The notes: generated by a model not told the origin, from the sequence alone. Positions 9,156 through 17,925 are shown, numbered from the stretch's first letter. The stretch is 32,000 nucleotides of DNA from Sinorhizobium meliloti (GCF_017876815.1 NZ_JAGIOS010000001.1:1530001-1562000), one strand, 5' to 3'. A program made the numbers and translations.

Positions 9156-10472
9156 CAGGGCTGTCCGGGGAAAGTTCCGGGTGAATCGAAATGTCGCAGG
9201 CGCATGCCCCGTCAGACGGCGTTTTTCCGTCTATTTTCTGGTTGTCGAGACTCAGAAAAGGAGACGGAGCATGCGGTTCACCCCTAGCATTTTCGCCCAG
9301 CTGCTGAAAGCGATTGATCGCCGCAGCTTTCAGGCGATTGTGGATCGTCATGCCGGGGATGCCTACGACAAGTGCTTTACCAGCTGGGATCATCTGGTGG
9401 CACTGATCTATGCCCAGTTGAGCGCCACGACCAGCCTGCGCGGGTTGGAGGCGAGCTTCAACGCCAACAGTCAGCATCATTACCATCTCGGCAGTGGCCG
9501 GCTGATGCGCTCGACGCTGTCGGACGCCAACCGCCGCCGCCCGGTCGCCGTCTTCGCCGAGACCTTCGCGCTTCTGGCCGGTCAGCTCGACCGGCAGACG
9601 CGCCGGGAGGGCACCAAGATGCTGCGGCTGATCGATTCGACCCCGATACCGCTGGGTAAGCTGTACGATTGGGCCAAGTCGAACGGCCGCATCCGCGGCA
9701 TGAAGCTGCATGTCGTCTATGATCCCAAGGCCGATTGTCCAGGCATCCTCGACATCACCGACGCCAACGTCAACGACGCCCAGATCGGCCGCACGATCAC
9801 CATCGAAAAGGGCGCAACCTATGTCTTCGACAAGGGCTACTGCCATTACGGCTGGTGGACGGCGATCGCCGAAGCCGGCGCCAGTTTCGTCACCCGGCCG
9901 AAGACCAACATGGGACTGGCTTTGGTCGCTGAACGCCCCGTTGAGCAACCTCAAGGCGATGGCTTCCTGGTCCTCGAAGACAGCCAGGTCAGCCTCGCCA
10001 GCAAGGGCGATTCCAAGCTGCCGATCGGCTTGCGCCGGGTAATCGTCAAGCGCCAGGACGGCGATACGATCACGCTTCTGACCAACGACCTCGAGCGCTC
10101 CGCCGTCGAGATCGGCCAGCTCTATAAGGATCGCTGGCAGATCGAGCTTCTGTTCCGCTGGATCAAACAGCACCTCAAGATCCGCAAGTTCCTCGGCAAC
10201 AACGACAACGCCATCCGCCTGCAGATCTTCGCGGCGATGATCGCCTATGCACTGTTGCGCATCGCCGCCCGCCTCGCCCGCGTCCCTCTACCGATCCTGC
10301 GCTTCACCGACCTCGTCACCCAGTGCCTGTTCCAGCGCAAAAGCATCGCCGAAATCCACAAGCCGCCGCAGGTCAATCCAAGCCGACCAAAACCCCGGAC
10401 CATCCCAAACCAAATGGTCTTCCGCTATGCATGAATTTTCCCCGGACAGCCCTGCCGCCTGCGGGGAGAAGG
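9138..10472 (+). mobile_element. IS4-family insertion sequence (outer limits; true ends lie between 9138-9161 and 10450-10472)
   Basis: A single transposase ORF is bracketed by a 40-bp inverted repeat with one mismatch: 9138-9177 is CCTTCTCCCCGCAGGCGGCAGGGCTGTCCGGGGAAAGTTC, and 10433-10472 is its reverse complement with A in place of G. The outer roughly 12-18 nt coincide with the stem of the host repeat hairpin. Confidence 0.85.
9271..10434 (+). CDS. IS4-family DDE transposase
   Basis: 387 aa with AGGAG 6 nt upstream of ATG 9271. DDE candidates are LIDSTPI, VFDKGY and the Y-x2-R-x3-E-x6-K signature YKDRWQIELLFRWIK typical of IS4. The N-terminal region resembles the DUF4372-type domain of these transposases. 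The portion of the track ORF upstream of 9271 crosses repeat DNA. Confidence 0.9.
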   Translation: MRFTPSIFAQLLKAIDRRSFQAIVDRHAGDAYDKCFTSWDHLVALIYAQLSATTSLRGLEASFNANSQHHYHLGSGRLMRSTLSDANRRRPVAVFAETFALLAGQLDRQTRREGTKMLRLIDSTPIPLGKLYDWAKSNGRIRGMKLHVVYDPKADCPGILDITDANVNDAQIGRTITIEKGATYVFDKGYCHYGWWTAIAEAGASFVTRPKTNMGLALVAERPVEQPQGDGFLVLEDSQVSLASKGDSKLPIGLRRVIVKRQDGDTITLLTNDLERSAVEIGQLYKDRWQIELLFRWIKQHLKIRKFLGNNDNAIRLQIFAAMIAYALLRIAARLARVPLPILRFTDLVTQCLFQRKSIAEIHKPPQVNPSRPKPRTIPNQMVFRYA

Positions 10473-10700
10473 TGGCGGCAGCCGGTTGAGGGGCAATCCC
10501 GACCGAGCGGGGTTGAGGCGGTTGGGTTCCCGAGGGATCCCTTTCATGAGCAGTATCCGCCGCACCGGCGCGACAAGCGGCAAACGCATCAATCCCCTCT
10601 TCCCGCATGCGGGGAGAGGGTTAGTCCTCGGGTTGAACCCGAGGAGAAGGGCAAATCCCCGCGTGGGGGTTAACCCGAAGAGGGGCAAACCACGAAGCTC
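10451..10700. repeat. RIME-like repeat (right part) plus further palindromic and tandem modules
   Basis: GCGGGGAGAAGGTGGCGGCAGCCGGTTGAGGGGC (10461-10494) matches the right terminus of the intact copy. GACAAGCGGCAAACG (10572-10586) matches 27780-27794 in reverse complement. There are hairpins at 10595-10620 and 10625-10645, and a degenerate tandem of about 30 bp at 10630-10663 / 10667-10694. Confidence 0.7.
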
Positions 10701-10731
10701 AGGCAGCCTGGCCGCACCGAAACGTCGACCC

Positions 10732-10932
10732 TCAATCCTCGATCTTGCGCGCCTCGGAGACCAGCATGATCGGCACACCGTCGCGGATCGGATAGGCGAG
10801 GCGGGCCTTTTCGGACACCAGTTCGTTGGCTTCCGGATCGTAGCTGAGGCGGCCCTTGGTCAGAGGGCAGACGAGCAGTTCCAGGAGTTTCGGATCGACC
10901 TTGCTGGCGTTGATGTCCATCGCTCTTTTCAT
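10732..10932 (-). CDS. Trm112-family (UPF0434/YcaR) small protein
   Basis: 66 aa with the motif [25 protein letters not shown]. The ATG overlaps the upstream gene's TGA (ATGA coupling). Confidence 0.85.
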   Translation of the reverse strand: MKRAMDINASKVDPKLLELLVCPLTKGRLSYDPEANELVSEKARLAYPIRDGVPIMLVSEARKIED

Positions 10933-11609
10933 TGCAGAATATTGTCGAGGTCGCCGAAGTTGCGGGCGAGCACGATCTCGGTGATGGCGATCAGCGTTTC
11001 GGCCCGCGTTTTCAGGTCGGGAGCCTCCAGCAACGCCTGCTTCTCCGCCGGTCCATAGGGCGACATCATTGCCATGGAGTTGACGAGGGTACGATTGCTG
11101 GCGCGTTCCACGCTTTCCCAGTCGGCTTCGAGCTTGTTGGCGTCGAGATAGGCCCGGAAGGCTGCGAGGAGCGCCTCCCGGTCGACGAGGCTCTCATCGT
11201 CCGGACTTTCGAGATCGCTCCCGAACGGGCCGATGCGGAAACGGCGATAGCCGCGGCAGCCGGCCACCTCTGCGAAAAGCCGGAAGCGGCACACGCCGGT
11301 GAGAGAGGTGATGTAGCGGCCGTCGCCGGTCTCGGCGAAAGAGGTGATCCGGCCGATGCAGCCTACCTGGCAAAGCGCCGGCACAGACGAAGCGTCGATG
11401 TCGTTGCGGCCTTCCGCGAAGGAGGGCTGAACGATGCCGATCAGCCGGTTGCCGGCGAGCGCATCGTCGAACATGGCGAGATAGCGCGGTTCGAAGATGT
11501 TGAGCGGGAGCTGTGCGCCGGGAAGCAGAAGCGCGCCCGTCAAGGGAAACACCGGAAGAATCTCCGGTAAGTCCTTCGGACCGAGATAGCGCGCATTTCC
11601 GACATGCAT
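10929..11609 (-). CDS. LON peptidase substrate-binding (LonN) domain protein
   Basis: [30 protein letters not shown] is typical of the Lon N-terminal domain. Start placed at ATG 11609 (MHVGNARY..), with AGGA 9 nt upstream. The track start at 11696 is probably an over-extension. Confidence 0.85.
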   Translation of the reverse strand: MHVGNARYLGPKDLPEILPVFPLTGALLLPGAQLPLNIFEPRYLAMFDDALAGNRLIGIVQPSFAEGRNDIDASSVPALCQVGCIGRITSFAETGDGRYITSLTGVCRFRLFAEVAGCRGYRRFRIGPFGSDLESPDDESLVDREALLAAFRAYLDANKLEADWESVERASNRTLVNSMAMMSPYGPAEKQALLEAPDLKTRAETLIAITEIVLARNFGDLDNILQ

Positions 11610-11753
11610 TCCGACAGATCCTGCAGATAGCGGCCGCGCCTTATCGAGGCGCGGTGCCGTAGGACCAAAAAATGGTGCGGCCCTTCGAAATCTCAAGGGA
11701 GAAATACACCGGAATCGATCGGGTGGGGCTGAAAAATTCGACGCGAAGGCCGC

Positions 11754-12746
11754 TTACGAAAAGAGAATCGACGACAGCTTGCGCCGCGCGGCGATCGTTG
11801 CCGGGTCCTTCGGGCCCCATACCTCGAAGAACGACAGCAGTTCGCGCCGGGCGCCGTCGTCCTCGAAGCTGCGGTCGCGTTTCATGATCGTCAGGAGATG
11901 TTCGGCGGCGGCGGTGCGGTCGCCCTCGACATTGCGGAGCTTGGCGAGCTTGAGCCGTGCCGCGTGGTCGTCCGGATCGAGCGCGAGCTGGCGCTCCAGC
12001 GCGGCCGGGTCGCCGAGCTTGCGGGCCTCCTCGATCTGGTCGAGCTTTTTCGAGACGGCGGCGACGGCCGCTTCCCCGGCAAGCGCTTCCGGCAGACCGG
12101 AAAGCGCCTGGCGCGCCTCGGCGACCTGCCCGAGCGCAATCATGCATTCGATCATGCCGGCGACAGCCGCGGCGTTTTCCGGGTCGGCCTGGAGAACGGC
12201 ACCGTAGAGACCGGCGGCGTTCTGCGCGTCGCCTGCATCGATCAGCGCCTTGGCGTCGGCAAGCACGCTCTCGATCTCGGCCTTGCCGTTGTCTGCGGCC
12301 GGACCGGCAATTCGATCGATGAACTCCTTGATCTGGCTCTCGGGCACGGCGCCCATGAAGCCATCGACCGGACGCCCGTCGATAAAGGCGATCACCGCGG
12401 GAATGGACTGGATGCCGAGTTGGCCGGCGATCGATGGATGGTCGTCGATGTTCATCTTGACGAGCTTCACCCGGCCGGCGGCTTCCCTCACCACCTTCTC
12501 GATGACGGGGGTCAGTTGTTTGCAGGGCCCGCACCAGGGCGCCCAGAAATCCACGAGCACCGGCTGCTGGCGCGATGCCTCGAGCACGTCGCGGGTAAAG
12601 GCGGCGGTTGTCGTCTCCCTGATCAGGTCGTCCGGGGTCAGGTCGTTCGGGCCGCTCGCGGCGCTTGCCGGCTGTCCGCCGAACGAGGCCGAGCCCGTCA
12701 TCTGTGTGCCGAAGGAACCTTGATAGGGATTGTCGCTACCGCTCAT
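11754..12746 (-). CDS. thioredoxin-domain plus TPR co-chaperone (YbbN/CnoX-like)
   Basis: WCGPC active site in a thioredoxin fold (VLVDFWAPWCGPCKQL), followed by an Ala-rich TPR-like C-terminal half. GAGGAG sits 6 nt upstream of ATG 12746. Confidence 0.88.
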   Translation of the reverse strand: MSGSDNPYQGSFGTQMTGSASFGGQPASAASGPNDLTPDDLIRETTTAAFTRDVLEASRQQPVLVDFWAPWCGPCKQLTPVIEKVVREAAGRVKLVKMNIDDHPSIAGQLGIQSIPAVIAFIDGRPVDGFMGAVPESQIKEFIDRIAGPAADNGKAEIESVLADAKALIDAGDAQNAAGLYGAVLQADPENAAAVAGMIECMIALGQVAEARQALSGLPEALAGEAAVAAVSKKLDQIEEARKLGDPAALERQLALDPDDHAARLKLAKLRNVEGDRTAAAEHLLTIMKRDRSFEDDGARRELLSFFEVWGPKDPATIAARRKLSSILFS

Positions 12747-12805
12747 TCTTCTCTCCTCGCGGACTTGGGCGTCCGGCTTCATGCATTCGCGCCAAAGATC
12801 GTATG

Positions 12806-13315
12806 TCAGGCCGTCACTTTCAAGACAAGCGGCTCGTGCCCGGTTGCCTCCATGAAGCGCAGCATGTCCTTCGACGCGATCGAGGTCGTCCGGTCGTTCG
12901 AGAGCGAATGGCAGTTGATCGTCTCGAACGCCATCAGCGTCTCGTCGAGAATGATCTTCACCTTGCCCTCGGTGTCGTTGATCGCGCCGAAGGCGGTGAC
13001 GGCGCCCGGTATCACGCCCAGATATTCCATCAGCTTGTCCGGCTTGCCGAAGGAGACCTTGCTTGCCGCGCCGATGGTCTGATGAACGGTCTTCAGGTCC
13101 ACCGTCGCGTGTTCCTCGACGGTCAGAAGGAAATAATTGTCCTTTTTGTCCTTCAGGAACAGGTTTTTTGTATGTCCGCCGGGGATTTCATCGCGCAGCG
13201 CCACCGATTCGGCGACCGTGAAGACCGGGGCGTGCCGCTTCGTCCTGTGTTCGATCCCGAGTTCGTCGAGAAAACGGAAGAGATCTTCCGCAGTCTTCGG
13301 CTCAGCCTTGTTCAT
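12806..13315 (-). CDS. YbaK/ProX-type aminoacyl-tRNA deacylase (prolyl-tRNA editing domain protein)
   Basis: 169 aa with ..GGHTKNLFLKDKKDNYFLL.. and ..GVIPGAVTAFGAIND.. typical of the family. AAGGA sits 6 nt upstream of ATG 13315. The upstream 76 codons of the track ORF lack support. Confidence 0.8.
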   Translation of the reverse strand: MNKAEPKTAEDLFRFLDELGIEHRTKRHAPVFTVAESVALRDEIPGGHTKNLFLKDKKDNYFLLTVEEHATVDLKTVHQTIGAASKVSFGKPDKLMEYLGVIPGAVTAFGAINDTEGKVKIILDETLMAFETINCHSLSNDRTTSIASKDMLRFMEATGHEPLVLKVTA

Positions 13316-13474
13316 GGTCATCCTTTCCGCCGTCGCGATCTTCTCTCGGCCTGCTTTAAGGAGGAGCGAGACGTTCCGCAATCTCATGCGCGGCGCAGCG
13401 CAACCGGAAACGCGGCATTCCCGGCCTTCGAATGCACTCGCGAAAAAATTCTTGGCGTTCGCGTCATTTCCCTG

Positions 13475-13503
13475 TTGCATTTGAAAAGGGCTTGGGCCAT
13501 ATA
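13475..13503 (+). promoter_or_regulatory. possible sigma-70 promoter for tRNA-Gly
   Basis: TTGCAT (13475-13480), a 17-nt spacer, then CATATA (13498-13503), about 70 nt upstream of the tRNA. Based on pattern match only. Confidence 0.3.
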
Positions 13504-13571
13504 GCGCCCGTCGCCGCAACACGGGGCGACACCCCTGGTCCATCGACTACCCCCGGGCCTGGGTCTTATGA

Positions 13572-13646
13572 GCGGGTGTAGCTCAGGGGTAGAGCACAAC
13601 CTTGCCAAGGTTGGGGTCGGGCGTTCGAATCGCCTCACCCGCTCCA
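13572..13646 (+). tRNA. tRNA-Gly (anticodon GCC), CCA encoded
   Basis: The cloverleaf folds by hand: acceptor GCGGGTG/CACCCGC, D stem GCTC/GAGC, anticodon stem CAACC/GGTTG with loop TTGCCAA, T arm GGGCG-TTCGAAT-CGCCT, discriminator T, then CCA. Confidence 0.93.
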
Positions 13647-13857
13647 AATTCTTCGGACAATTCAGCAGGTTGATGAGCCCTTCGGGCGTTTTCCGTTTCG
13701 CACGGCCGTGCCGTGCAGCGGCGTTTGTCCATGCTTTCCGCGCGCCGGAGCGCGCTTTGCCGGCCTCCCTCAGAGCTGTGAGCATGCAGACCGGTGCAGC
13801 TGGCCCCAAAGCTGAAGCAATATTGCGAGCTCCTTTCTCGCCGCCGGTTTGCCGCAT

Positions 13858-13887
13858 AGCCTTTGCGGACATACATCCGCAAAGGCT
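13858..13887 (-). terminator. strong hairpin downstream of the COG0523 gene (no U-tract)
   Basis: AGCCTTTGCGGA-CATACA-TCCGCAAAGGCT, a perfect 12-bp stem lying 15 nt past the stop at 13903. The lack of a T-run makes terminator function uncertain. Confidence 0.4.
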
Positions 13888-13902
13888 GCCAATAGCTCTC
13901 TA

Positions 13903-14892
<990 letters not shown>

Positions 14893-14949
14893 TGGCGAGA
14901 ACCTCACTGTCGCATGGACGGCCGGAGGCTATGTTCCGGCTTCATGGAT

Positions 14950-14988
14950 ACGTTATTACATTTCGCTTCATAAACGTAATAACGTAAC
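14950..14988. promoter_or_regulatory. AT-rich dyad, candidate Zur-type operator
   Basis: ACGTTATTAC (14950-14959) and GTAATAACGT (14976-14985) are exact inverted repeats. The second overlaps a near-palindrome ACGTAATAACGT. The site is 58-96 nt upstream of the COG0523 start and contains half-sites resembling the ATGTTAT/ATAACAT halves of Fur-family Zur boxes. Confidence 0.4.
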
Positions 14989-15024
14989 ATAGCCGGGGTT
15001 TGTCAAGTCCGATCCCGGCGCTGA

Positions 15025-15108
15025 AAAGCTGAGGTTCTCTTTCTTTCCTCGCCCGCAGCCGAATTCGTCACCGGTATCACGCTGCCGGTGGATGCCGGCG
15101 TCGGTTAG
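15025..15108 (+). pseudogene. 3'-terminal remnant of a short-chain dehydrogenase/reductase gene
   Basis: The frame reads KAEVLFLSSPAAEFVTGITLPVDAGVG*, matching the conserved SDR C-terminus (..vlFLaSdaasfvTGq.l.VDGG..). An in-frame TGA lies at 15022, with no start codon and none of the N-terminal roughly 220 codons. Confidence 0.6.
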
Positions 15109-15180
15109 CGGCGGGATGGAGCGTTTCACTGTTCGATGAAACGGTGAAACTGAAAGTGCTCCAACGGCCTCCGCCTTGCT

Positions 15181-16197
15181 TCAGTTCTTCGTGAAAACGT
15201 AATCCGTTTCCTGCCGGAGCGTTTCGCCCGGTCTCAGCACCGCCTTCGGGAAACCTTCGTGGTTCACCGCATCGGGCCAGATCTGCGTTTCGAGGCAGAA
15301 GCCGGCGAAGGGGCCGTAACGGCGGCCTTCGAGGCCGGGAACCGGTACGTCGAGCTTTTCTCCGGTATAGAGCTGCACGCCGGGCTCCGTCGTCAGCACT
15401 TCCAGCGACACACCGGAATTGATGCTGCGTACGAGCGCCACGGAGCGCTTCTGCACGCGCTCCGGCGAGAGGCAGAAATTGTGGTCATAGGCGATTCCGC
15501 CGCCGTCCAGCTGCCTTCCAAGCGAGGTCATTTCGCGCAGATCGAAGGCGGTGCCGGCAACGGGGCGGATCTCGCCCGTCGGAATCTGCCGCTCGTCGGT
15601 GGGCAGGTAGTGGTCTGCCGCGATCATGATGTCGTGGCCGAATGCGTCCGAGCCGCCGTCGAGGTTGAAATAGCTGTGCTGGCAGACATTGGCGAGGGTC
15701 GGCGCGTCGGTCTCAGTTTCGTAGACGACGTTGAGCGTGCCGCCCGGTTTCAGCGTATAGGTGCAGGTGATCGTGCAATTGCCCGGGTAGCCGGCACGGC
15801 CGTCCGGATCGGTGATCTCGAGCGTTACGCTGTCTTCAGCCCGCCTGCGGATCGACCAGTTGCGCTTGGCGATATTGTCGCTGCCGCCGTGGAGATGCGT
15901 GGCGCCGCTCTCGTTGAGCTCGAGCTGATAGGCCTTGCCTTCGAGCGCGAAGCGGCCGGCGCCGATGCGGTTGGCGTTGCGGCCGGGGGTGGCGCCGAAA
16001 TAGGAGGAATGGGCCGGATAGCTTTCGAAATTCTCGAAGCCGAGCACGAGCGGGGCTGCATGTCCTTCGAGCCGCAGGTCCTGTATGACCGAGCCCCAGG
16101 TGATCACCGACGCCGTCAGCCCGCCGCCCTTAAGCGTCACGCGCTGTACGGGCTCGCCGGAGGGCAGGTGGCCGAAGATTTCCGTGTCTGTTCCCAT
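15181..16197 (-). CDS. galM: aldose 1-epimerase (galactose mutarotase family)
   Basis: Family sequence features (..GFENFESYPAHSSYFGATPGRNANRIGAGRFALEGKAYQLELNE..HLHGG..). Start is either ATG 16197 (MGTDTEIFG..) or ATG 16209, and both have weak RBS. Confidence 0.88.
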   Translation of the reverse strand: MGTDTEIFGHLPSGEPVQRVTLKGGGLTASVITWGSVIQDLRLEGHAAPLVLGFENFESYPAHSSYFGATPGRNANRIGAGRFALEGKAYQLELNESGATHLHGGSDNIAKRNWSIRRRAEDSVTLEITDPDGRAGYPGNCTITCTYTLKPGGTLNVVYETETDAPTLANVCQHSYFNLDGGSDAFGHDIMIAADHYLPTDERQIPTGEIRPVAGTAFDLREMTSLGRQLDGGGIAYDHNFCLSPERVQKRSVALVRSINSGVSLEVLTTEPGVQLYTGEKLDVPVPGLEGRRYGPFAGFCLETQIWPDAVNHEGFPKAVLRPGETLRQETDYVFTKN

Positions 16198-16277
16198 GCA
16201 TCTCCCCATTTCCGCGAGTCGGCGTCAACCTGCTGCATTTCCGCCGAGGCGGCAACCGGAAAGTCATACTTTTTGCT

Positions 16278-17204
16278 TCAACGCTCTCCGGTTCCGATCT
16301 TCGCCAGCTCGTAGGGCGTCGTCTGGTAGATCTCGTTGATCCAGTTGCCGAAGAAGAGGTGTGCATGGCTGCGCCAGCGGTTCTGCGGCGGAAGTGCGGA
16401 GTCATTGTGCGGGAAATAGTCGTGCGGCAGCTTGATCGGCACGCCGGCATCGACGTCGCGGAAATATTCCTCCGACAGGGACGTCGAATCATATTCGACG
16501 TGATTGAACATGTAGAGCCGGTTGCCTTTCTTCTCGTGTACGAGGCAGACGCCCACTTCCTTGGATTCCATCAGGATTTCGAGATCCGGCACCCGGTCGA
16601 TATCGGCGCGGCGCACCTCGGTCCAGCGCGAAACGGGAACGGCGAAATCGTCGGAAAAGCCGTTCAGATAGACCGAAGAGGGCTGCAAGTTCTGATGGCG
16701 GTAGACGCCGAAGGCCTTTTCCTTCAACGGATATTTCGGAACCCCGTGGAAATGGTAGACCGCAGCCATCCCGCCCCAGCAGACGTTCAGCGTCGAATGG
16801 ACGTTGGTCGTCGTCCAGTCGAAGATGCGCTGCAACTCCTTCCAGTAGGTGACCTCTTCGTATTCGAGCGTCTCGATCGGCGCGCCGGTGATGATGAACC
16901 CGTCGAACTTGCGGGCCTCCACCTCCTCGAAGGTCTCGTAAAAGGCGAGCAGATGCTCTTCGGGCGTGTTCTTCGGCCGGTGGCCGTTGACGCGGACCAG
17001 CGTCAATTCGACCTGAAGCGGCGTGGCGCCGATCAGCCGCGCCATCTGGATCTCGGTCTTGATCTTGTTGGGCATGAGGTTCAAGAGCCCGATCTGCAGC
17101 GGCCGTATGTCCTGGCGGATCGCCTCGGTCTCGGTCATCAGCCGCACACCCTCGTGAACGAGAGTTTCGAAGGCGGGCAGCGTATCGGGTATCTTGATGG
17201 GCAT
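16278..17204 (-). CDS. metA: homoserine O-acyltransferase MetA (succinyl/acetyl specificity not determinable)
   Basis: 308 aa starting [36 protein letters not shown].., the canonical MetA N-terminus. The 23 codons upstream in the track ORF cover a leader terminator and are rejected. Confidence 0.93.
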
Positions 17205-17226
17205 GGGCGTCCACTCGATCGAATAC

Positions 17227-17259
17227 AAAAAAACCGGCGGCGAAACGATCGCGACCGGT
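17227..17259 (-). terminator. leader intrinsic terminator (expression platform) upstream of metA
   Basis: The minus-strand RNA reads ACCGGUCGCG-AUCGUUU-CGCCGCCGGU followed by U7. It lies between the riboswitch and the metA start. Confidence 0.7.
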
Positions 17260-17283
17260 CCTCGGAAATCCATTGTTCCCTCG

Positions 17284-17338
17284 GCCCTTTAGCGACTTCT
17301 TTAACGTGGCTGCAAGCCGGCCGGCCAAATCACCACGG
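17284..17338 (-). promoter_or_regulatory. SAM-II (metA-element) riboswitch
   Basis: The minus-strand RNA is CCGUGGUGAUUUGGCCGGCCGGCUUGCAGCCACGUUAAAGAAGUCGCUAAAGGGC. P1 pairs CGUGGU with GCCACG. Loop UUUGGC can pair with the downstream GCUAAA, forming an H-type pseudoknot. This matches my recollection of the alphaproteobacterial metA SAM-II motif and sits in the expected genomic context. Confidence 0.8.
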
Positions 17339-17344
17339 ATCATT

Positions 17345-17373
17345 TGATAGCGCGAGGAGGACCGCGCGGTCAA
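17345..17373 (-). promoter_or_regulatory. putative sigma-70 promoter of metA
   Basis: The minus strand has TTGACC (17373-17368), a 17-nt spacer, then CTATCA (17350-17345). The predicted transcription start falls just 5' of the riboswitch. Confidence 0.55.
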
Positions 17374-17401
17374 TGAAAAAGGATTCGACGGCGTCTAGGC
17401 G

Positions 17402-17516
17402 GCCCCTCATCCCGCTGCCGCGACCTTCTCCCCGCAAGCGGGGCGAAGGGATGAGCGGCACTCTTCCAGTCCCCCGCGCCCTGCTTGCGGGAGATTGGGT
17501 CATGGTGAGGGGGCAG
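17402..17516. repeat. RIME-like composite palindromic repeat (family A), shorter copy
   Basis: GCCCCTCATCCCGCTGCCGCGACCTTCTCCCCGCAAGCGGGGCGAAGGGATGAGCGGC ... GGTGAGGGGGC. It has the same terminus and hairpin module as 9023 and 27682. It lies between metA upstream DNA and the 3' end of the RidA-family gene. Confidence 0.7.
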
Positions 17517-17536
17517 CCCTTGTCCGTCGTTCTGCC

Positions 17537-17917
17537 TTATCCCCGAAACGCAGTGACCTCGATCTCGATCAGCATTTCCGGGCGGATGAGGTCGCAGACG
17601 ATCATCGTTGCGGCCGGGCGGATCTCGCCGAAGGTCTCGCCGAAGATCGGGAAGACGCGGTCGGCAAAGCTCGCATCGGTGACGTAGTAGTGGTTGCGCA
17701 CGACGTCCGACAGCGAGAAGCCGGCTTCCTTCAGGGCGCCTTCGATCGTCTTCAGGCAGTTGCGCGCCTGCTCCTCCACCGTTTCCGGCATGGTCATGGT
17801 CGCATAGTCGTAGCCGGTCGTGCCGGAGACGAAGCACCAGTCGCCTTTCGCGACGGCACGCGAATAGCCTGCCGTCTTTTCGAAAGGCGAGCCGGACGAG
17901 ATGAGCTTGCGGGTCAT
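17537..17917 (-). CDS. RidA/YjgF/TdcF-family protein
   Basis: 126-aa family-typical sequence (..YSRAVAKGDWCFVSGTTG.., ..MLIEIEVTA..). It starts 8 nt after the leuD stop. Confidence 0.85.
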   Translation of the reverse strand: MTRKLISSGSPFEKTAGYSRAVAKGDWCFVSGTTGYDYATMTMPETVEEQARNCLKTIEGALKEAGFSLSDVVRNHYYVTDASFADRVFPIFGETFGEIRPAATMIVCDLIRPEMLIEIEVTAFRG

Positions 17918-17925
17918 CCGGCAGC

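Noticed and set aside
7724-9205. 493-aa ORF on the - strand
   Set aside because: It is antisense to the UbiH-family gene, and its 5' part is translated from repeat-element DNA (..PSPRLRGEG..).
8788-9270. N-terminal 161-codon extension of the transposase ORF
   Set aside because: It runs through the UbiH-family 3' end and the palindromic repeat. A strong AGGAG RBS and the conserved transposase N-terminus begin at 9271.
9023-10700. Possibility that the clustered GGGGAGAAGG palindromes form a CRISPR array
   Set aside because: The repeats are themselves inverted rather than direct. There is no regular repeat-spacer periodicity and no cas genes. Copies are scattered at 17.4 kb and 27.7 kb as single elements.
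13647-13902. tRNA-Gly as an integration site for a genomic island or prophage remnant
   Set aside because: There is no integrase and no direct repeat of the tRNA 3' end downstream. The flanking genes are ordinary housekeeping genes, and the 255-bp gap contains only a hairpin.
15122-15150. CGTTTCA/TGAAACG hairpin and TGAAAC-GG-TGAAAC tandem between the SDR remnant and galM, considered as a bidirectional terminator
   Set aside because: The stem is a short 7 bp and AT-rich, with no flanking U-tract on either strand.
17205-17273. 23-codon N-terminal extension of metA
   Set aside because: The extension is encoded by the leader terminator hairpin and U-tract. Canonical MetA begins MPIKIP at 17204.
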